IMG/VR virus record: IMGVR_UViG_2778261537_000020
Span: 1-26,852 of that record
Source: a virus
Lineage: Duplodnaviria > Heunggongvirae > Uroviricota > Caudoviricetes
Reading direction: 5' to 3' (one strand)
Length of the DNA: 26,852 nucleotides
The notes below the pieces were generated by a model, which was given only the letters and a program-made list of their open reading frames with translations, did no database searches and had not been told where the DNA came from. Positions 9,754 to 19,956 of the stretch are shown piece after piece. The first letter of the stretch is position 1, and every line of letters starts with the position of its first letter. A program made the position numbers and the translations under genes.

Positions 9754-9954
9754 CCGTAACCTGTCGGATCGCCGGAAAGGACCCGCAAAAATGATAATAA
9801 TTATCATCTACATGTCACAACGTGCATCTACGCCATCAAACCACGTCAAATAATCAATTATGACGCAGGTATCGTATTAATTGATCTGCATCAACTTAAC
9901 GTAAAAACAACTTCAGACAATACAAATCAGCGACACTGAATACGGGGCAACCTC

Positions 9955-10149
9955 ATGTCAACGAAGAACAGAACCCGCAGAACAACAACCCGCAACATCC
10001 GCTTTCCTAACCAAATGATTGAACAAATTAACATCGCTCTTGAGCAAAAAGGGTCTGGGAATTTCTCAGCCTGGGTCATTGAAGCCTGCCGTCGGAGACT
10101 AACGTCAGAAAAGAGAGCATATACATCAATCCAAAGTGATGATGGATGA
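9955..10149 (+). CDS. ylcI: Small phage right-end ORF, YlcI-like (DUF3950-type)
   Basis: 64-aa ORF MSTKNRTRRTTTRNIRFPNQMIEQINIALEQKGSGNFSAWVIEACRRRL...; lies in sequence matching the lambda right arm adjacent to cos. Confidence 0.5.
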   Translation: MSTKNRTRRTTTRNIRFPNQMIEQINIALEQKGSGNFSAWVIEACRRRLTSEKRAYTSIQSDDG

Positions 10150-10508
10150 ACATCCCGGTTTCTTCCACCATCGCACCGGAAAAGCGACTATGAGGGTAAC
10201 CCTGCGTCTGTCAGCACAGTAAAACCCGGTGTGCATCGTTTTTGATTATTCCCGCACACTCACGCAGAAGGAATTCCCCGTCGGGCTACGGTCATGGTTA
10301 ATGCGGGAATACGGCGACGATACAGCGCAGCTAAAAGGGTAATGGACAGATAGAGCGGTTTATTTCATTCCACAGGATTCTGAGTGCCCCCCTCCTCCAA
10401 TAGGCTGAGCATCCACCTATATAGTTTTAATTTTCATCAATCCATTTAACTATCGTTTAATTGTTGTCACATAGGATTCTGCCGTTTTTAACAATGCAGG
10501 ATAATAAG

Positions 10509-10802
10509 ATGAAAAAAATGTTGTTTTCTGCCGCTCTGGCAATGCTTATTACAGGATGTGCTCAACAGACGTTTACTGTTGGAAACAAACCGACAGCAGT
10601 AACACCAAAGGAAACCATCACCCATCATTTCTTCGTTTCGGGAATTGGACAGGAGAAAACTGTTGATGCAGCCAAAATTTGTGGCGGCGCAGAAAATGTT
10701 GTTAAAACAGAAACCCAGCAAACATTCGTAAATGGATTTCTCGGTTTTATTACTTTAGGCATTTATACTCCGCTGGAAGCGCGTGTGTATTGCTCACAAT
10801 AA
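10509..10802 (+). CDS. bor: Bor outer-membrane lipoprotein (serum-resistance moron)
   Basis: MKKMLFSAALAMLITGC lipobox; 97 aa from Met-17 of the track ORF with AGGA RBS; matches lambda Bor. Confidence 0.85.
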   Translation: MKKMLFSAALAMLITGCAQQTFTVGNKPTAVTPKETITHHFFVSGIGQEKTVDAAKICGGAENVVKTETQQTFVNGFLGFITLGIYTPLEARVYCSQ

Positions 10803-10833
10803 TTGCATGAGTTGCCCATCGATATGGGCAGCT

Positions 10834-11295
10834 CTATCTGCACTGCTCATTAATATACTTCTGGGTTCCTTCCAGTTGTTTTTGCATAGTGATCAGCCTC
10901 TCTCTGAGGGTGAAATAATCCCGTTCAGCGGTGTCTGCCAGTCGGGGGGAGGCTGCATTATCCACGCCGGAGGCGGTGGTGGCTTCACGCACTGACTGAC
11001 AGACTGCTTTGATGTGCAACCGACGACGACCAGCGGCAACATCATCACGCAGAGCATCATTTTCAGCTTTCGCATCAGCTAACTCCTTCGTGTATTTTGC
11101 ATCGAGCGCAGCAACATCACGCTGACGCATCTGCATGTCAGTAATTGCCGCGTTCGCCAGCTTCAGTTCTCTGGCATTTTTGTCGCGCTGGGCTTTGTAG
11201 GTAATGGCGTTATCACGGTAATGATTAACAGCCCATGACAGGCAGACGATGATGCAGATAACCAGAGCGGAGATAATCGCGGTTACTCTGTTCAT
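10834..11295 (-). CDS. Rz: Rz i-spanin
   Basis: ...[59 protein letters not shown]... matches lambda Rz; likely start at Met-5 of the track ORF. Confidence 0.9.
   Translation of the reverse strand: MNRVTAIISALVICIIVCLSWAVNHYRDNAITYKAQRDKNARELKLANAAITDMQMRQRDVAALDAKYTKELADAKAENDALRDDVAAGRRRLHIKAVCQSVREATTASGVDNAASPRLADTAERDYFTLRERLITMQKQLEGTQKYINEQCR
10893..11075 (-). CDS. Rz1: Rz1 o-spanin lipoprotein, embedded in the +1 frame of Rz
   Basis: 60 aa [60 protein letters not shown]; lipobox plus proline-rich region, matches lambda Rz1. Confidence 0.85.
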   Translation of the reverse strand: MRKLKMMLCVMMLPLVVVGCTSKQSVSQCVKPPPPPAWIMQPPPDWQTPLNGIISPSERG

Positions 11296-11789
11296 TGCTG
11301 ACCCCACAAACAGATTTCACGCTCAATCTCACGACGAGTCATGAGACCTTTCCATTGCTTACCGCCAGCATATGTCCAGCGACGTAGCTGATCACATGCG
11401 CCTTTGATATCGCCCTGGTTTATTTTGCGAAGAAGCGTCGATGTTCTGAAATTGCCAGCACCCACGTTGTAAACGAATGAGTAAAGAGCGCCGCGCATTG
11501 TTTCCGGTATATCGACTTTGATGTACGGGTTAATTTGTCTGGCGACCGTGGCAAGGTCTTTATTCAGGAGGGCTTTGCATTCTGCTTTGGTATACGTTTT
11601 ACCGAGCATGATGTCTTTTCCTGTATGCCCGTGACATACAGTCCATACACCAACAATATCTTTGTATGGTATGTAGCTGACACCTTCCAGACCATCGTTA
11701 CCACTTGGGCCAGTGATTAACACTGATGCTATAGCAATTGCTCCGCCACCAATAGCAGCAGCAACGGCTTTTCGTAATGATGGAGGCAT
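11292..11789 (-). CDS. R: SAR endolysin (phage 21 R21-type lysozyme)
   Basis: 165 aa; N-terminal Gly/Ala-rich signal-anchor-release segment [20 protein letters not shown] followed by a T4-lysozyme-like domain. Confidence 0.85.
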   Translation of the reverse strand: MPPSLRKAVAAAIGGGAIAIASVLITGPSGNDGLEGVSYIPYKDIVGVWTVCHGHTGKDIMLGKTYTKAECKALLNKDLATVARQINPYIKVDIPETMRGALYSFVYNVGAGNFRTSTLLRKINQGDIKGACDQLRRWTYAGGKQWKGLMTRREIEREICLWGQQ

Positions 11790-12004
11790 TATTCACCTCT
11801 CGCAGCCTTGCGCTTATCTTCTTTAATCTTGAAATAAAGGTTTGTCAGGTACGTCAGCAGGCCAAATACCAGGCTACCCAGCACACCTATTGCTGCCCAC
11901 TGTGAGGGCGTGACTTTATCGAGCAGCTGTAAAAACCAGTAACCGGCACTACCTGCTGAGGTGCCATAGGCGACACCCGTTGTTAACTTATCCATGGATT
12001 TCAT
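11789..12004 (-). CDS. S: Pinholin (phage 21 S21-type), dual-start motif MKSMDK
   Basis: [71 protein letters not shown]; stop overlaps the R start (TAATG); track ORF carries an extra 15-aa upstream extension. Confidence 0.85.
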
Positions 12005-12130
12005 AACCCCACCTCGCAGACAAAGCGGGTGTAAATTGAGGGAATACAACGTATCGCAAAAAAGCAGAAACGTAACAGACTCGGAGTCAGTGAATAACTC
12101 AGGTATTGGGTTATCAGCTAATATCGAGAC

Positions 12131-12165
12131 TCAAAAAATGGAAAAACCCGCTCGACGGCGGGTTT
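12131..12165 (-). terminator. Intrinsic-terminator-like hairpin on the minus strand about 100 bp upstream of S (candidate tR'-like element)
   Basis: aaacccgc-tcgacg-gcgggttt stem-loop at 12144-12165, followed on the minus strand by a U-rich tract (ttccattttttga). Confidence 0.35.
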
Positions 12166-12593
12166 AAGCTGTGTGACGAAGTAACCACTCTTAACAGCAT
12201 AACCAATTTTTTACGTACGTAAACCACAAAATGATATTTGCGAGAATGCTACCGAGTATTGAAAACACCACTACAAATACATAAGCAAATCTCAACAAAT
12301 AACCAACAAATAATTTCCAGTGTTATTTTTAGCCGATTTAAATTGAACCTTCAAATTACAGAGCACTTATAAATAACAGCCGTTAATATAAATTGGCTAA
12401 TAGATTTATTTTTATTCAGCCAAGATCCATGAATAGGATTCGATAGAAAAAAGTTCAGATAAAAATAGAGATCTACTTCACAAATCAAACGAGAAACCAA
12501 AACTTACATCTTGAAATAATCACATTGATTAGATGAATATTTATCGCGCAGTGACATCATTTTTTAATAATAGTTCAAAAAAAAGGGCTCACG

Positions 12594-13676
12594 ATGAAAA
12601 AATTAACAGTGGCAATTTCTGCTGTAGCTGCATCAGTACTGATGGCGATGTCTGCTCAGGCAGCTGAAATTTATAATAAAGACAGTAACAAGCTGGATCT
12701 ATATGGGAAAGTTAATGCCAAGCACTACTTCTCCTCTAATGATGCAGATGATGGTGATACTACTTATGCCCGTCTTGGCTTCAAAGGTGAAACCCAAATC
12801 AACGATCAACTGACTGGTTTCGGTCAGTGGGAATATGAATTCAAAGGCAACCGCGCTGAATCTCAAGGCTCCTCCAAAGACAAAACCCGTCTTGCATTTG
12901 CAGGCCTGAAATTCGGGGACTACGGCTCAATCGATTACGGCCGTAACTACGGTGTAGCATATGACATCGGTGCGTGGACTGACGTTCTGCCAGAATTCGG
13001 TGGCGATACCTGGACCCAAACAGATGTGTTCATGACTGGTCGCACCACTGGTGTTGCAACTTATCGTAACAACGACTTCTTTGGTCTGGTTGATGGTCTG
13101 AACTTTGCTGCTCAGTATCAGGGTAAAAATGACCGCACTGACGTAACTGAAGCTAATGGTGATGGTTTCGGTTTCTCCACTACTTATGAGTATGAAGGAT
13201 TCGGTGTAGGTGCAACCTATGCTAAATCTGACCGCACTAATAATCAGGTTATCTACGGTAACAACAGCCTGAATGCATCTGGTCAAAATGCTGAAGTATG
13301 GGCAGCTGGTCTGAAATATGATGCGAACAACATCTATCTGGCTACCACCTATTCTGAAACCCAGAACATGACTGTTTTTGGTAATAACCATATTGCCAAC
13401 AAAGCACAAAACTTCGAAGTAGTTGCACAATATCAGTTCGACTTCGGTCTGCGTCCGTCCGTTGCTTACCTGCAATCTAAAGGAAAAGACTTGGGTGCGT
13501 GGGGTGATCAGGACCTGGTTGAATATATTGATGTAGGTGCAACCTATTACTTCAACAAAAATATGTCCACTTTTGTTGATTACAAAATCAACCTGATTGA
13601 TAAGAGCGATTTCACGAAAGCATCTGGCGTTGCTACCGATGATATCGTTGCTGTAGGTATGGTTTACCAGTTCTAA
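12594..13676 (+). CDS. nmpC: Outer-membrane general porin, NmpC/Lc (OmpC/OmpF family), apparently intact
   Basis: 360 aa with signal peptide [30 protein letters not shown]... and C-terminal ...VAVGMVYQF porin signature. Confidence 0.9.
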   Translation: MKKLTVAISAVAASVLMAMSAQAAEIYNKDSNKLDLYGKVNAKHYFSSNDADDGDTTYARLGFKGETQINDQLTGFGQWEYEFKGNRAESQGSSKDKTRLAFAGLKFGDYGSIDYGRNYGVAYDIGAWTDVLPEFGGDTWTQTDVFMTGRTTGVATYRNNDFFGLVDGLNFAAQYQGKNDRTDVTEANGDGFGFSTTYEYEGFGVGATYAKSDRTNNQVIYGNNSLNASGQNAEVWAAGLKYDANNIYLATTYSETQNMTVFGNNHIANKAQNFEVVAQYQFDFGLRPSVAYLQSKGKDLGAWGDQDLVEYIDVGATYYFNKNMSTFVDYKINLIDKSDFTKASGVATDDIVAVGMVYQF

Positions 13677-13691
13677 TTTGATTACTAAAAG

Positions 13692-13725
13692 ATATGTTGC
13701 GGGAGGCTTTGCCTCCCCAACATAT
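13692..13725. terminator. Long imperfect palindrome/hairpin immediately downstream of the porin gene
   Basis: atatgttgcgggaggc-ttt-gcctccccaacatat read directly. Confidence 0.3.
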
Positions 13726-13813
13726 AAGTGGCTCCCTCAAGCCACTTCCTTTAGGAGCACAACCTTGCTTCTAACTATATAAACCTTCTGTTATATATTA
13801 CCCTTTATTTTTG

Positions 13814-13847
13814 GGGGCGTTGCAACGCCCCATTTTTAATAATTTTT
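13814..13847 (+). terminator. Rho-independent terminator (perfect 18-bp palindrome followed by a T-run) for the porin transcript
   Basis: ggggcgttgcaacgcccc followed by atttttaataattttt. Confidence 0.45.
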
Positions 13848-13864
13848 AGTAAACAATTGGCATA

Positions 13865-14263
13865 TTAATTAGAGTTATTAACAACGATATCCATCTCTAA
13901 CCGGATATCTAATGCCATTAACATCCCTTCAATTATGCCCTCAGCCTTCTGTAACCTTTTCCCGATATAACCATCAGAGCAGCAATGCTTACCTGCCAGT
14001 GACATGAATGTCATACCGACTACATAATAATCTACTAATAAATCGTGCAAATCGCTGTTGTTCTTTTTCAGACGGGCCATGCACCCGCAAATAATCATCG
14101 CGTCATCGTCACAACATTGCGGGCGAGATTTTACTTTTGAAGTAATTAATCCCTTAAAACCGGCGGCAATGGACGACCAGGTCACATCTTCATGATTATT
14201 AGCCGCCCACGCTCCCCAACGCTCAAGAACCATCTGAATATCACGCATCAACTTACTCCACAA
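13865..14263 (-). CDS. Q: Late-gene antiterminator Q (DLP12 QuuD-like)
   Basis: 132-aa ORF (...[24 protein letters not shown]...[16 protein letters not shown]...), Cys-rich zinc-binding region; sits between rusA/ylcG and the lysis cassette. Confidence 0.8.
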   Translation of the reverse strand: MWSKLMRDIQMVLERWGAWAANNHEDVTWSSIAAGFKGLITSKVKSRPQCCDDDAMIICGCMARLKKNNSDLHDLLVDYYVVGMTFMSLAGKHCCSDGYIGKRLQKAEGIIEGMLMALDIRLEMDIVVNNSN

Positions 14264-14333
14264 AAATCAGACCAGCACGCCAATTACAAGCAAAAATCAA
14301 CAAAACAGTATTAGTTGATTGTTATCTCTGACT

Positions 14334-14471
14334 TCATACTCCTGCTCCTGTCAGGGTTTTGGCGTAATTCTTCAGTATTCGGTAATCGGTCAAAACAGAA
14401 CCGGGGAAACGATATAAGCGCAGATGCCCCCAGCGGTGGCGAAGAAGTTCTGCCATATAAAACTCAAACAT
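14334..14471 (-). CDS. ylcG: Small protein YlcG-like (46 aa)
   Basis: Hand translation [45 protein letters not shown]; ATG overlaps the rusA stop. Confidence 0.4.
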   Translation of the reverse strand: MFEFYMAELLRHRWGHLRLYRFPGSVLTDYRILKNYAKTLTGAGV

Positions 14472-14833
14472 CATTCATTCCCCATTTCGGTGATGGTCAG
14501 TTCCAGCCTCCCACCTTTGGTAACAGGCATCTTCACAACGCGGTAATCAACGACCTGAGCATCATCCAGCCAGAAACCTGCTTTGGTGAGTGCGTCAAAA
14601 GCGGCTTTTTGCAGATTATCCAGGTCACGGCGACGGCGATCCGGCATGTGGCACTCAATGCGGATTTTCACAGGCATAGCCAGGCCGATATCCAGCATTG
14701 CGTTTTTAATGATTCGGGCGACGTTATCGCGGTATGCCTGCCCCTCTGCACTGACGTGCGTGCGCCCGCGATTATGGCGGTAATAGCGATTATTGCTCGG
14801 AGGCCAGGGTAATGTGATACTGTAGGTATTCAC
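14471..14833 (-). CDS. rusA: Holliday junction resolvase RusA
   Basis: 120 aa [97 protein letters not shown]... Confidence 0.9.
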   Translation of the reverse strand: MNTYSITLPWPPSNNRYYRHNRGRTHVSAEGQAYRDNVARIIKNAMLDIGLAMPVKIRIECHMPDRRRRDLDNLQKAAFDALTKAGFWLDDAQVVDYRVVKMPVTKGGRLELTITEMGNE

Positions 14834-15120
14834 GCCTTAATAACCCCCTCTTTCAGCCAGATAACCTGTGTTCTCGCCATACCTTCCAGCGCGCATTCTT
14901 TTGCATATGCAGCATCGACAAAATGTGTGCGGCGGTCGATTTCGTCGTGGCAGGCAGAACATGCAATGGTGGCAATCAGGTCTGGCGGTTTGATACCGGT
15001 ACCGCACAATCCAGCCAGCCGGATATGTGCCAGTACAGACGTTTCAGAATTGCCATTACATACGCCAGGGATTCTTACCTGGCATTCCCGACCACGCGCT
15101 GCTTTTCTCAAATCAGCCAT
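14830..15120 (-). CDS. ybcO: YbcO-like nin-region protein (Cys-rich, putative nuclease, DUF1364-type)
   Basis: [42 protein letters not shown]...; 96 aa from the internal Met of the track ORF. Confidence 0.6.
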   Translation of the reverse strand: MADLRKAARGRECQVRIPGVCNGNSETSVLAHIRLAGLCGTGIKPPDLIATIACSACHDEIDRRTHFVDAAYAKECALEGMARTQVIWLKEGVIKA

Positions 15121-15283
15121 GATTCCTCCTTGCTGCCAGTCGCAACCATTTTTTATCAACCAGGCTAGCGGTATATCCGAGCAGTGTTGGTATTTCGGAT
15201 GGCTTCAGCTCAGGCTTACGCTTACGACGATTTGATACTCTGTAGATGTGTCCGTTCATGACACGAATAAGCGGTGTAGCCAT
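15113..15283 (-). CDS. ninE: NinE
   Basis: Hand translation [56 protein letters not shown]; overlaps the ybcN stop and the ybcO start; not in the ORF track (under 60 aa). Confidence 0.6.
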   Translation of the reverse strand: MATPLIRVMNGHIYRVSNRRKRKPELKPSEIPTLLGYTASLVDKKWLRLAARRNHG

Positions 15284-15738
15284 TACGCCTCCTGCTTGTC
15301 GCGGAGCAGCTGGAACTCGCAGCTCTGCGGAATAGTCAGGTGGCAGCCAATATTCACCGCCCAGGCTTCAACCTTACACAGGAAGACATACATCTCTCCG
15401 GTATCAAGATCGGAGGTATGGCGTAACGACTGGATAGTGGTGATATCACCGGTTACGACATCAACCAGGTCTTTGGTTTCATAACCGAGATATGTGTGTT
15501 TGAGAGCATCTTTTACCCAAGCTGGAGTGGCGAACGTTTTACCCCTGCTGATGAGGTATTCACTGATTTCGCTGTACCACATGTGGCTGAGTGCATTCTG
15601 GGAAAGACTGCGTTTCTCACGCCACGGTTTAAGCACCATGCGAAAGCATTTGCCCTCCTCCAGATAAGGCTGGATCTGCCGACCGATAGCGGTGAAGTTG
15701 CCGCGATGTAATTTGATGCCGTCTTGTGAGAGGTTCAC
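15283..15738 (-). CDS. ybcN: YbcN-like nin-region protein
   Basis: 151-aa [64 protein letters not shown]... Confidence 0.6.
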
Positions 15739-15952
15739 GCTTCACCTCCGCAGAGGTCAAACGCTAGATGCAAAGAATTGCAGGTGCATTTCTGCATCTG
15801 TGAAGGGAGAAGAGAGTTTGGATTGTATGTGCGCATAAACGTCCCCGTTTAGCGCAGAAGTCACCGGAGTTGTTCAGGCTCCGGTGACATAATTATGCCG
15901 TGTTGATTTCCCAAAATCAAAATCGATAGAATTGCTCCTTCTTAAAACACTT

Positions 15953-16750
15953 TTACTCTCTGGAAGCTTTTCTTATCTCTCTTGGTGTTATATTAAAACG
16001 ATTATGAAATCTTTCAGTAAAACGAGAAGGACACTTATAACCATTTTCTCTGGCAATCTCGCTTATAGGTTTTACCGTCGTTTGTATAGCAGACAACGCA
16101 TTATTTAACCTCACATCGTCCAGTATACTTTGGAAACTTACCCCCTCGCTTGCTAGACGGCGATGTAATGTAGAAACAGAAATGTAGAGATATCGAGCAA
16201 CCTTGTTTGCTGTCCATTTTGTGCCGGGTTCGGATAGCAGCAGGTTATAACAACGACTTATCAATGATTGTTTACTATATGATAAAAGTAAATGATTAAC
16301 ATGATTCACTCCTAACGAAAGTAGAACGCCCATTGCTAAGTGCTCCTGAATTTTAGTTGAGAAGCCTCGGGAAACAGATGTTTTTAGTTGCTCCCAACAA
16401 TATATTAACTCAGGATTCTGAGGTAAAAAGAAACTTGTTTTGTTACGTATTTGATCAGTTACCGTATAAAGTTTTTGGAAACTCTCAATTAAATCAATGG
16501 GTAAGTAAAGCATTTCTGCAAGATAAAGCCCTGCTTCAGGATAATTCTCAATATAAAATTCATAACCACAAGGAAATAATATTATTTGATTATTATCAAC
16601 AGTTAAAGTATGCGTCTCCCAATTGATAACTTTCTTTCCCTGACGGATACGACACAAAGCTGGCATAAGAGGCTTAACCCTATGAATCTCATGATGTTTA
16701 TGCATCCGTATTTCTTCGATCTTTAAGTTAGTCTTACCTCTTGCCAGCAT
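15953..16750 (-). CDS. ybcM: AraC/XylS-family transcriptional regulator (YbcM-like)
   Basis: 265 aa; C-terminal AraC-type HTH (...[45 protein letters not shown]...[32 protein letters not shown]); AT-rich gene. Confidence 0.8.
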
Positions 16751-16759
16751 ACTCTCACC

Positions 16760-17311
16760 CTACTTTATCTCATAAACTGGTGTTATCTCAGCGGTTGCGA
16801 TTTTATTAGCATTAAGCATATAACCAACTAACGCTCCGCTGGAGTTAGAATCTACAGGAATCTTTTCAGTTTTTAGAGCCCATACTTTAAACTGGTAATG
16901 ATGTGGTTTATCTCCTTTAGGAGGACATGCGCCACCAAACCCAGCATAGCCAAAATCATTTCGGCCTTGAACAGCACCAGTCGGCAGTTTTGTTCCATCA
17001 CGTCTCCCTGCATCAACGGGCAAATATGTTACTGTTGCTGGAATATTAACAACAGTCCAATGCCACCAACCACTGCCTGTAGGTGCATCTGGATCATATA
17101 CAGTTACGGCAAAGCTTTTGGTACCTTCAGGAACACCAGACCAGGTTAATGAGGGCGATGTATTACCACCTTCACACCCAAATCCAGAAAAGACATGAGA
17201 CGTTGTAAGTTGCTCTCCTGTTTTTATTTCATTACTAGTGACCTGAAATGCTGCAGCCTGCGCAGAAAATGTTATGAATGCCAATACAGTTGAAACGATA
17301 AGTGTTTTCAT
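16760..17311 (-). CDS. ybcL: Secreted PEBP/RKIP-family protein (YbcL-like)
   Basis: 183 aa with signal peptide MKTLIVSTVLAFITFSAQA; ...FAVTVYDPDAPTGSGWWHWTVVNIP... and ...GFGGACPPKGDKPHHYQFKVWAL... PEBP motifs. Confidence 0.75.
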   Translation of the reverse strand: MKTLIVSTVLAFITFSAQAAAFQVTSNEIKTGEQLTTSHVFSGFGCEGGNTSPSLTWSGVPEGTKSFAVTVYDPDAPTGSGWWHWTVVNIPATVTYLPVDAGRRDGTKLPTGAVQGRNDFGYAGFGGACPPKGDKPHHYQFKVWALKTEKIPVDSNSSGALVGYMLNANKIATAEITPVYEIK

Positions 17312-17775
17312 AAAAACCTCTTTGTTATGACCTATCGTTATTTTATTTGATATTCCTTTATCTCATTATGCATAAAGGCGCAATGTTCATGCAAAAGCAA
17401 TCACAATTGTACCCCCAACCCAATTATTTGCCACAATATACACAAAGCACATTGATACTATCTAAAAACTCTGCTTTATTATTAGTAATACCTACGAAAG
17501 TCGGTGTTATTTTTTAACCTACCATTCAAAATACGTGACATACACCATTTTGCTCATAATAATTTGTCACGTATTTTCAGTATTTGAATCTGCGACCAAG
17601 AGTTCTCACCTAACAAATGATTAAGATTGTATAGCTCATTTACTACCCCAATACAGCCGTACAAAACTCGCTTGTGGGAGCAAACAAAGTAATTACCCAT
17701 TAAGTTTCGTCAAAGATAATTAATTCTGTCTTGCACTTTATCACCATAGCATAACTTAAAATCCGAGATCATTAT

Positions 17776-19302
17776 TTAGAAATAAATCTCACCATCAACC
17801 ATATATTTGAGAGCACTTATCGCCTGCTGGGCGGATATTACTTTCATTAAAGGATAGTGTTTAAAAACAATGCCATTCATAAAATAGATATCACAGGTTT
17901 TATTATCCGTATTAATTATGATTTTTTCGAATGTTTTATAGGCAAGTGTACGGCATAACTCTCGTCCATTTTTACTGGTTAAGTCAATAGCATAAAAATC
18001 ACTGAATGAATTTACACCTTTACTCTTCAAAGTTTTCAATGATACCGAAGCCCTTCGTAATTCCTTATCTAATAGTCTTATTTTCTCTGCTATAGCGGTA
18101 ACTTCAGGCGCGACAGACAATGCAACGATTAAATTATTAATTTTCATCTGAAGCTCAATAATTTTTAACTCTAAAGTTTCATTAGCATCTTTCTTGTTTT
18201 CAACTGGTTGAATTTTGCTACAATTAAAAAGCAATTCATTAATGATATTATAATCAACCAAATCTCTTTTTATTGATGGCCTGTCACATCGATGTAATCT
18301 TCTCATCGGACAAACATAATAGCCATGCAAACTTCCAGATACCGCATGAACAATCATGGTATTACCACAAGCCTCACACTTCATAACTGTTCGAAGTAGA
18401 TTTATTAGCATAGGATTCTTGCTACTATTGCTAATACCAAAAGGTGCCAACCGAATTTCCTGTACAGCGTAAAACAAATCATCTGATATGACTCTGGGAT
18501 AATAGCCAGCGATTTCACTTATCCCTTTCCCTCTTGCACGATATGAAGGTACGCATATACCTATCAGAGCTTTATTCGCTAATAATTTTTCAATTACAGA
18601 AGGTCCCCATGCACTTTCTTTTCCTGAGAAATTCTTTACAGCATGATCATTTAAATACTTGGCTATTGCATTCAATGAGCGCCTTTCCATCCTGAGTTTA
18701 AAAATTAGCTCAATAGTTTTCACCCTGTCGGGGTCTGGAACAAAAGCCGTTCTTTTGTCATCTAAGGAGAGCCATCTCGGACAAGACGCCGTCATAATCG
18801 TACCTGATTCCAGTGCATCCTGCCGTTTTTTCTTCCATGATAATTTAACCCGACTTGACTTTATCTCGCTTTCTTCATTTGCCCTTTGTGCTATAAGTAT
18901 GGCTTTTATTAATGAATATGGCTCATTCAAAGAGTCAATATTATAGACTGTATGGTCGCAAAGAGTTATAACATCAATACCGTGATTCAAAATCAATTTC
19001 AGACGTTCAATCGCTTCACCGACTTTTTCTCTTGAAAGTCTGTCCAGACTTTCAACTAACAATGTAGTTCCTGGCAATATATAACCATGCTCTATAGCAT
19101 CTAAAAATTCCGAAAAAGCTCCTGATTGTGCATGCTTTCCTTTGAATGCACTTAATCCTAAATCTTCATATGTTATGGTATCAAGATAATAATCACTATT
19201 TACCTTTAACCATTCAGCAATAAGTCTTCTCTGTCGGTTTAATGAGTCGCCAGACATCTGACCTGGTGATGAAAATCGCATATATGCTATGGCTTTTTTC
19301 AT
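17776..19302 (-). CDS. ybcK: Large serine recombinase (YbcK-like): resolvase catalytic domain, recombinase domain, Cys-rich zinc ribbon
   Basis: 508 aa; N-terminal AIAYMRFSSPGQ...SLNRQ (catalytic Ser), ...VESLDRLSR...; later ...KCEACGNTM...YYVCPMRRLHRCD; AT-rich. Confidence 0.85.
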   Translation of the reverse strand: MKKAIAYMRFSSPGQMSGDSLNRQRRLIAEWLKVNSDYYLDTITYEDLGLSAFKGKHAQSGAFSEFLDAIEHGYILPGTTLLVESLDRLSREKVGEAIERLKLILNHGIDVITLCDHTVYNIDSLNEPYSLIKAILIAQRANEESEIKSSRVKLSWKKKRQDALESGTIMTASCPRWLSLDDKRTAFVPDPDRVKTIELIFKLRMERRSLNAIAKYLNDHAVKNFSGKESAWGPSVIEKLLANKALIGICVPSYRARGKGISEIAGYYPRVISDDLFYAVQEIRLAPFGISNSSKNPMLINLLRTVMKCEACGNTMIVHAVSGSLHGYYVCPMRRLHRCDRPSIKRDLVDYNIINELLFNCSKIQPVENKKDANETLELKIIELQMKINNLIVALSVAPEVTAIAEKIRLLDKELRRASVSLKTLKSKGVNSFSDFYAIDLTSKNGRELCRTLAYKTFEKIIINTDNKTCDIYFMNGIVFKHYPLMKVISAQQAISALKYMVDGEIYF

Positions 19303-19556
19303 GGTGACACCTGCTAACGTATGCTTTTATAAACCTTAGTGGTGGGATATAATTTTTGTTTAATTTTTATTTAAAAAGACAATTAAGGTCACATTATCTT
19401 GAATATACAACAATAATGGTATTGCATTTTTCTTACGCGATAATCTTGAAATCACAAAAGAATACATAAAAAATAAAGACATTAACAAAAAGCATAAAAC
19501 GAGGCTCATATAAATATAAGAGCCTCCATATTTTAGTCGTTTAGAAACAAATTATT

Positions 19557-19889
19557 TTAATGTGGTGTGCTTCGTGACAATAAATTAATAACCAACACAC
19601 CGGCACAAATCAACATCATGCCTATAATGGCTGGCAGGTCCAGCCGTTGGCCGAAAAATCCCCATGACAGTAAGCTAATCAGGACAATACCGACTCCTGA
19701 CCAGATAGCATAAGCAATCCCTGTAGGAATATAAGCCAGCGTCTGAGCTAATAACCAGAATGATGCACAATAACAAATAATTGTACCAACAGATGGCCAT
19801 AACCGTGTAAAACCTTCTGAAAACTTCATTAAGGTTGTACCAATGACCTCTGCAAGTATTGCACCACCAAGATAAATATAAGGGTTCAT
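19557..19889 (-). CDS. emrE: Small multidrug resistance efflux transporter EmrE
   Basis: MNPYIYLGGAILAEVIGTTLMKFSEGFTRLWPSVGTIICYCASFWLLAQTLAYIPTGIAYAIWSGVGIVLISLLSWGFFGQRLDLPAIIGMMLICAGVL...; 110 aa from the internal Met of the track ORF. Confidence 0.9.
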   Translation of the reverse strand: MNPYIYLGGAILAEVIGTTLMKFSEGFTRLWPSVGTIICYCASFWLLAQTLAYIPTGIAYAIWSGVGIVLISLLSWGFFGQRLDLPAIIGMMLICAGVLVINLLSRSTPH

Positions 19890-19956
19890 AGCATATTCTT
19901 TCCTGTTCAAACTGGAGAGAATTGTACTACAGTTTGAACTCAACTCACCTGTTTCA

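Noticed and set aside
11789-12049. N-terminal extensions of track ORFs (S from 12049, Rz from 11307, cI from 22848, bor from 10461, emrE from 19943, Q from 14263)
   Set aside because: Longest-ORF artefacts: homologous proteins start at internal Met codons that also have better ribosome-binding sites or the known dual-start motif.
12927-13475. 182-aa minus-strand ORF inside the porin gene
   Set aside because: Antisense to a porin with signal peptide and C-terminal porin signature. It is, however, the strand a Q-dependent late transcript would read, so antisense transcription rather than a protein is the more likely relevance.
14315-14812. 165-aa plus-strand ORF overlapping ylcG and rusA
   Set aside because: Antisense to the well-supported RusA frame.
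16357-18946. Plus-strand ORFs inside the AraC regulator (16357..16626), the PEBP gene (16898..17149) and the large serine recombinase (18659..18946)
   Set aside because: Antisense ORFs within genes whose minus-strand frames have clear domain signatures.
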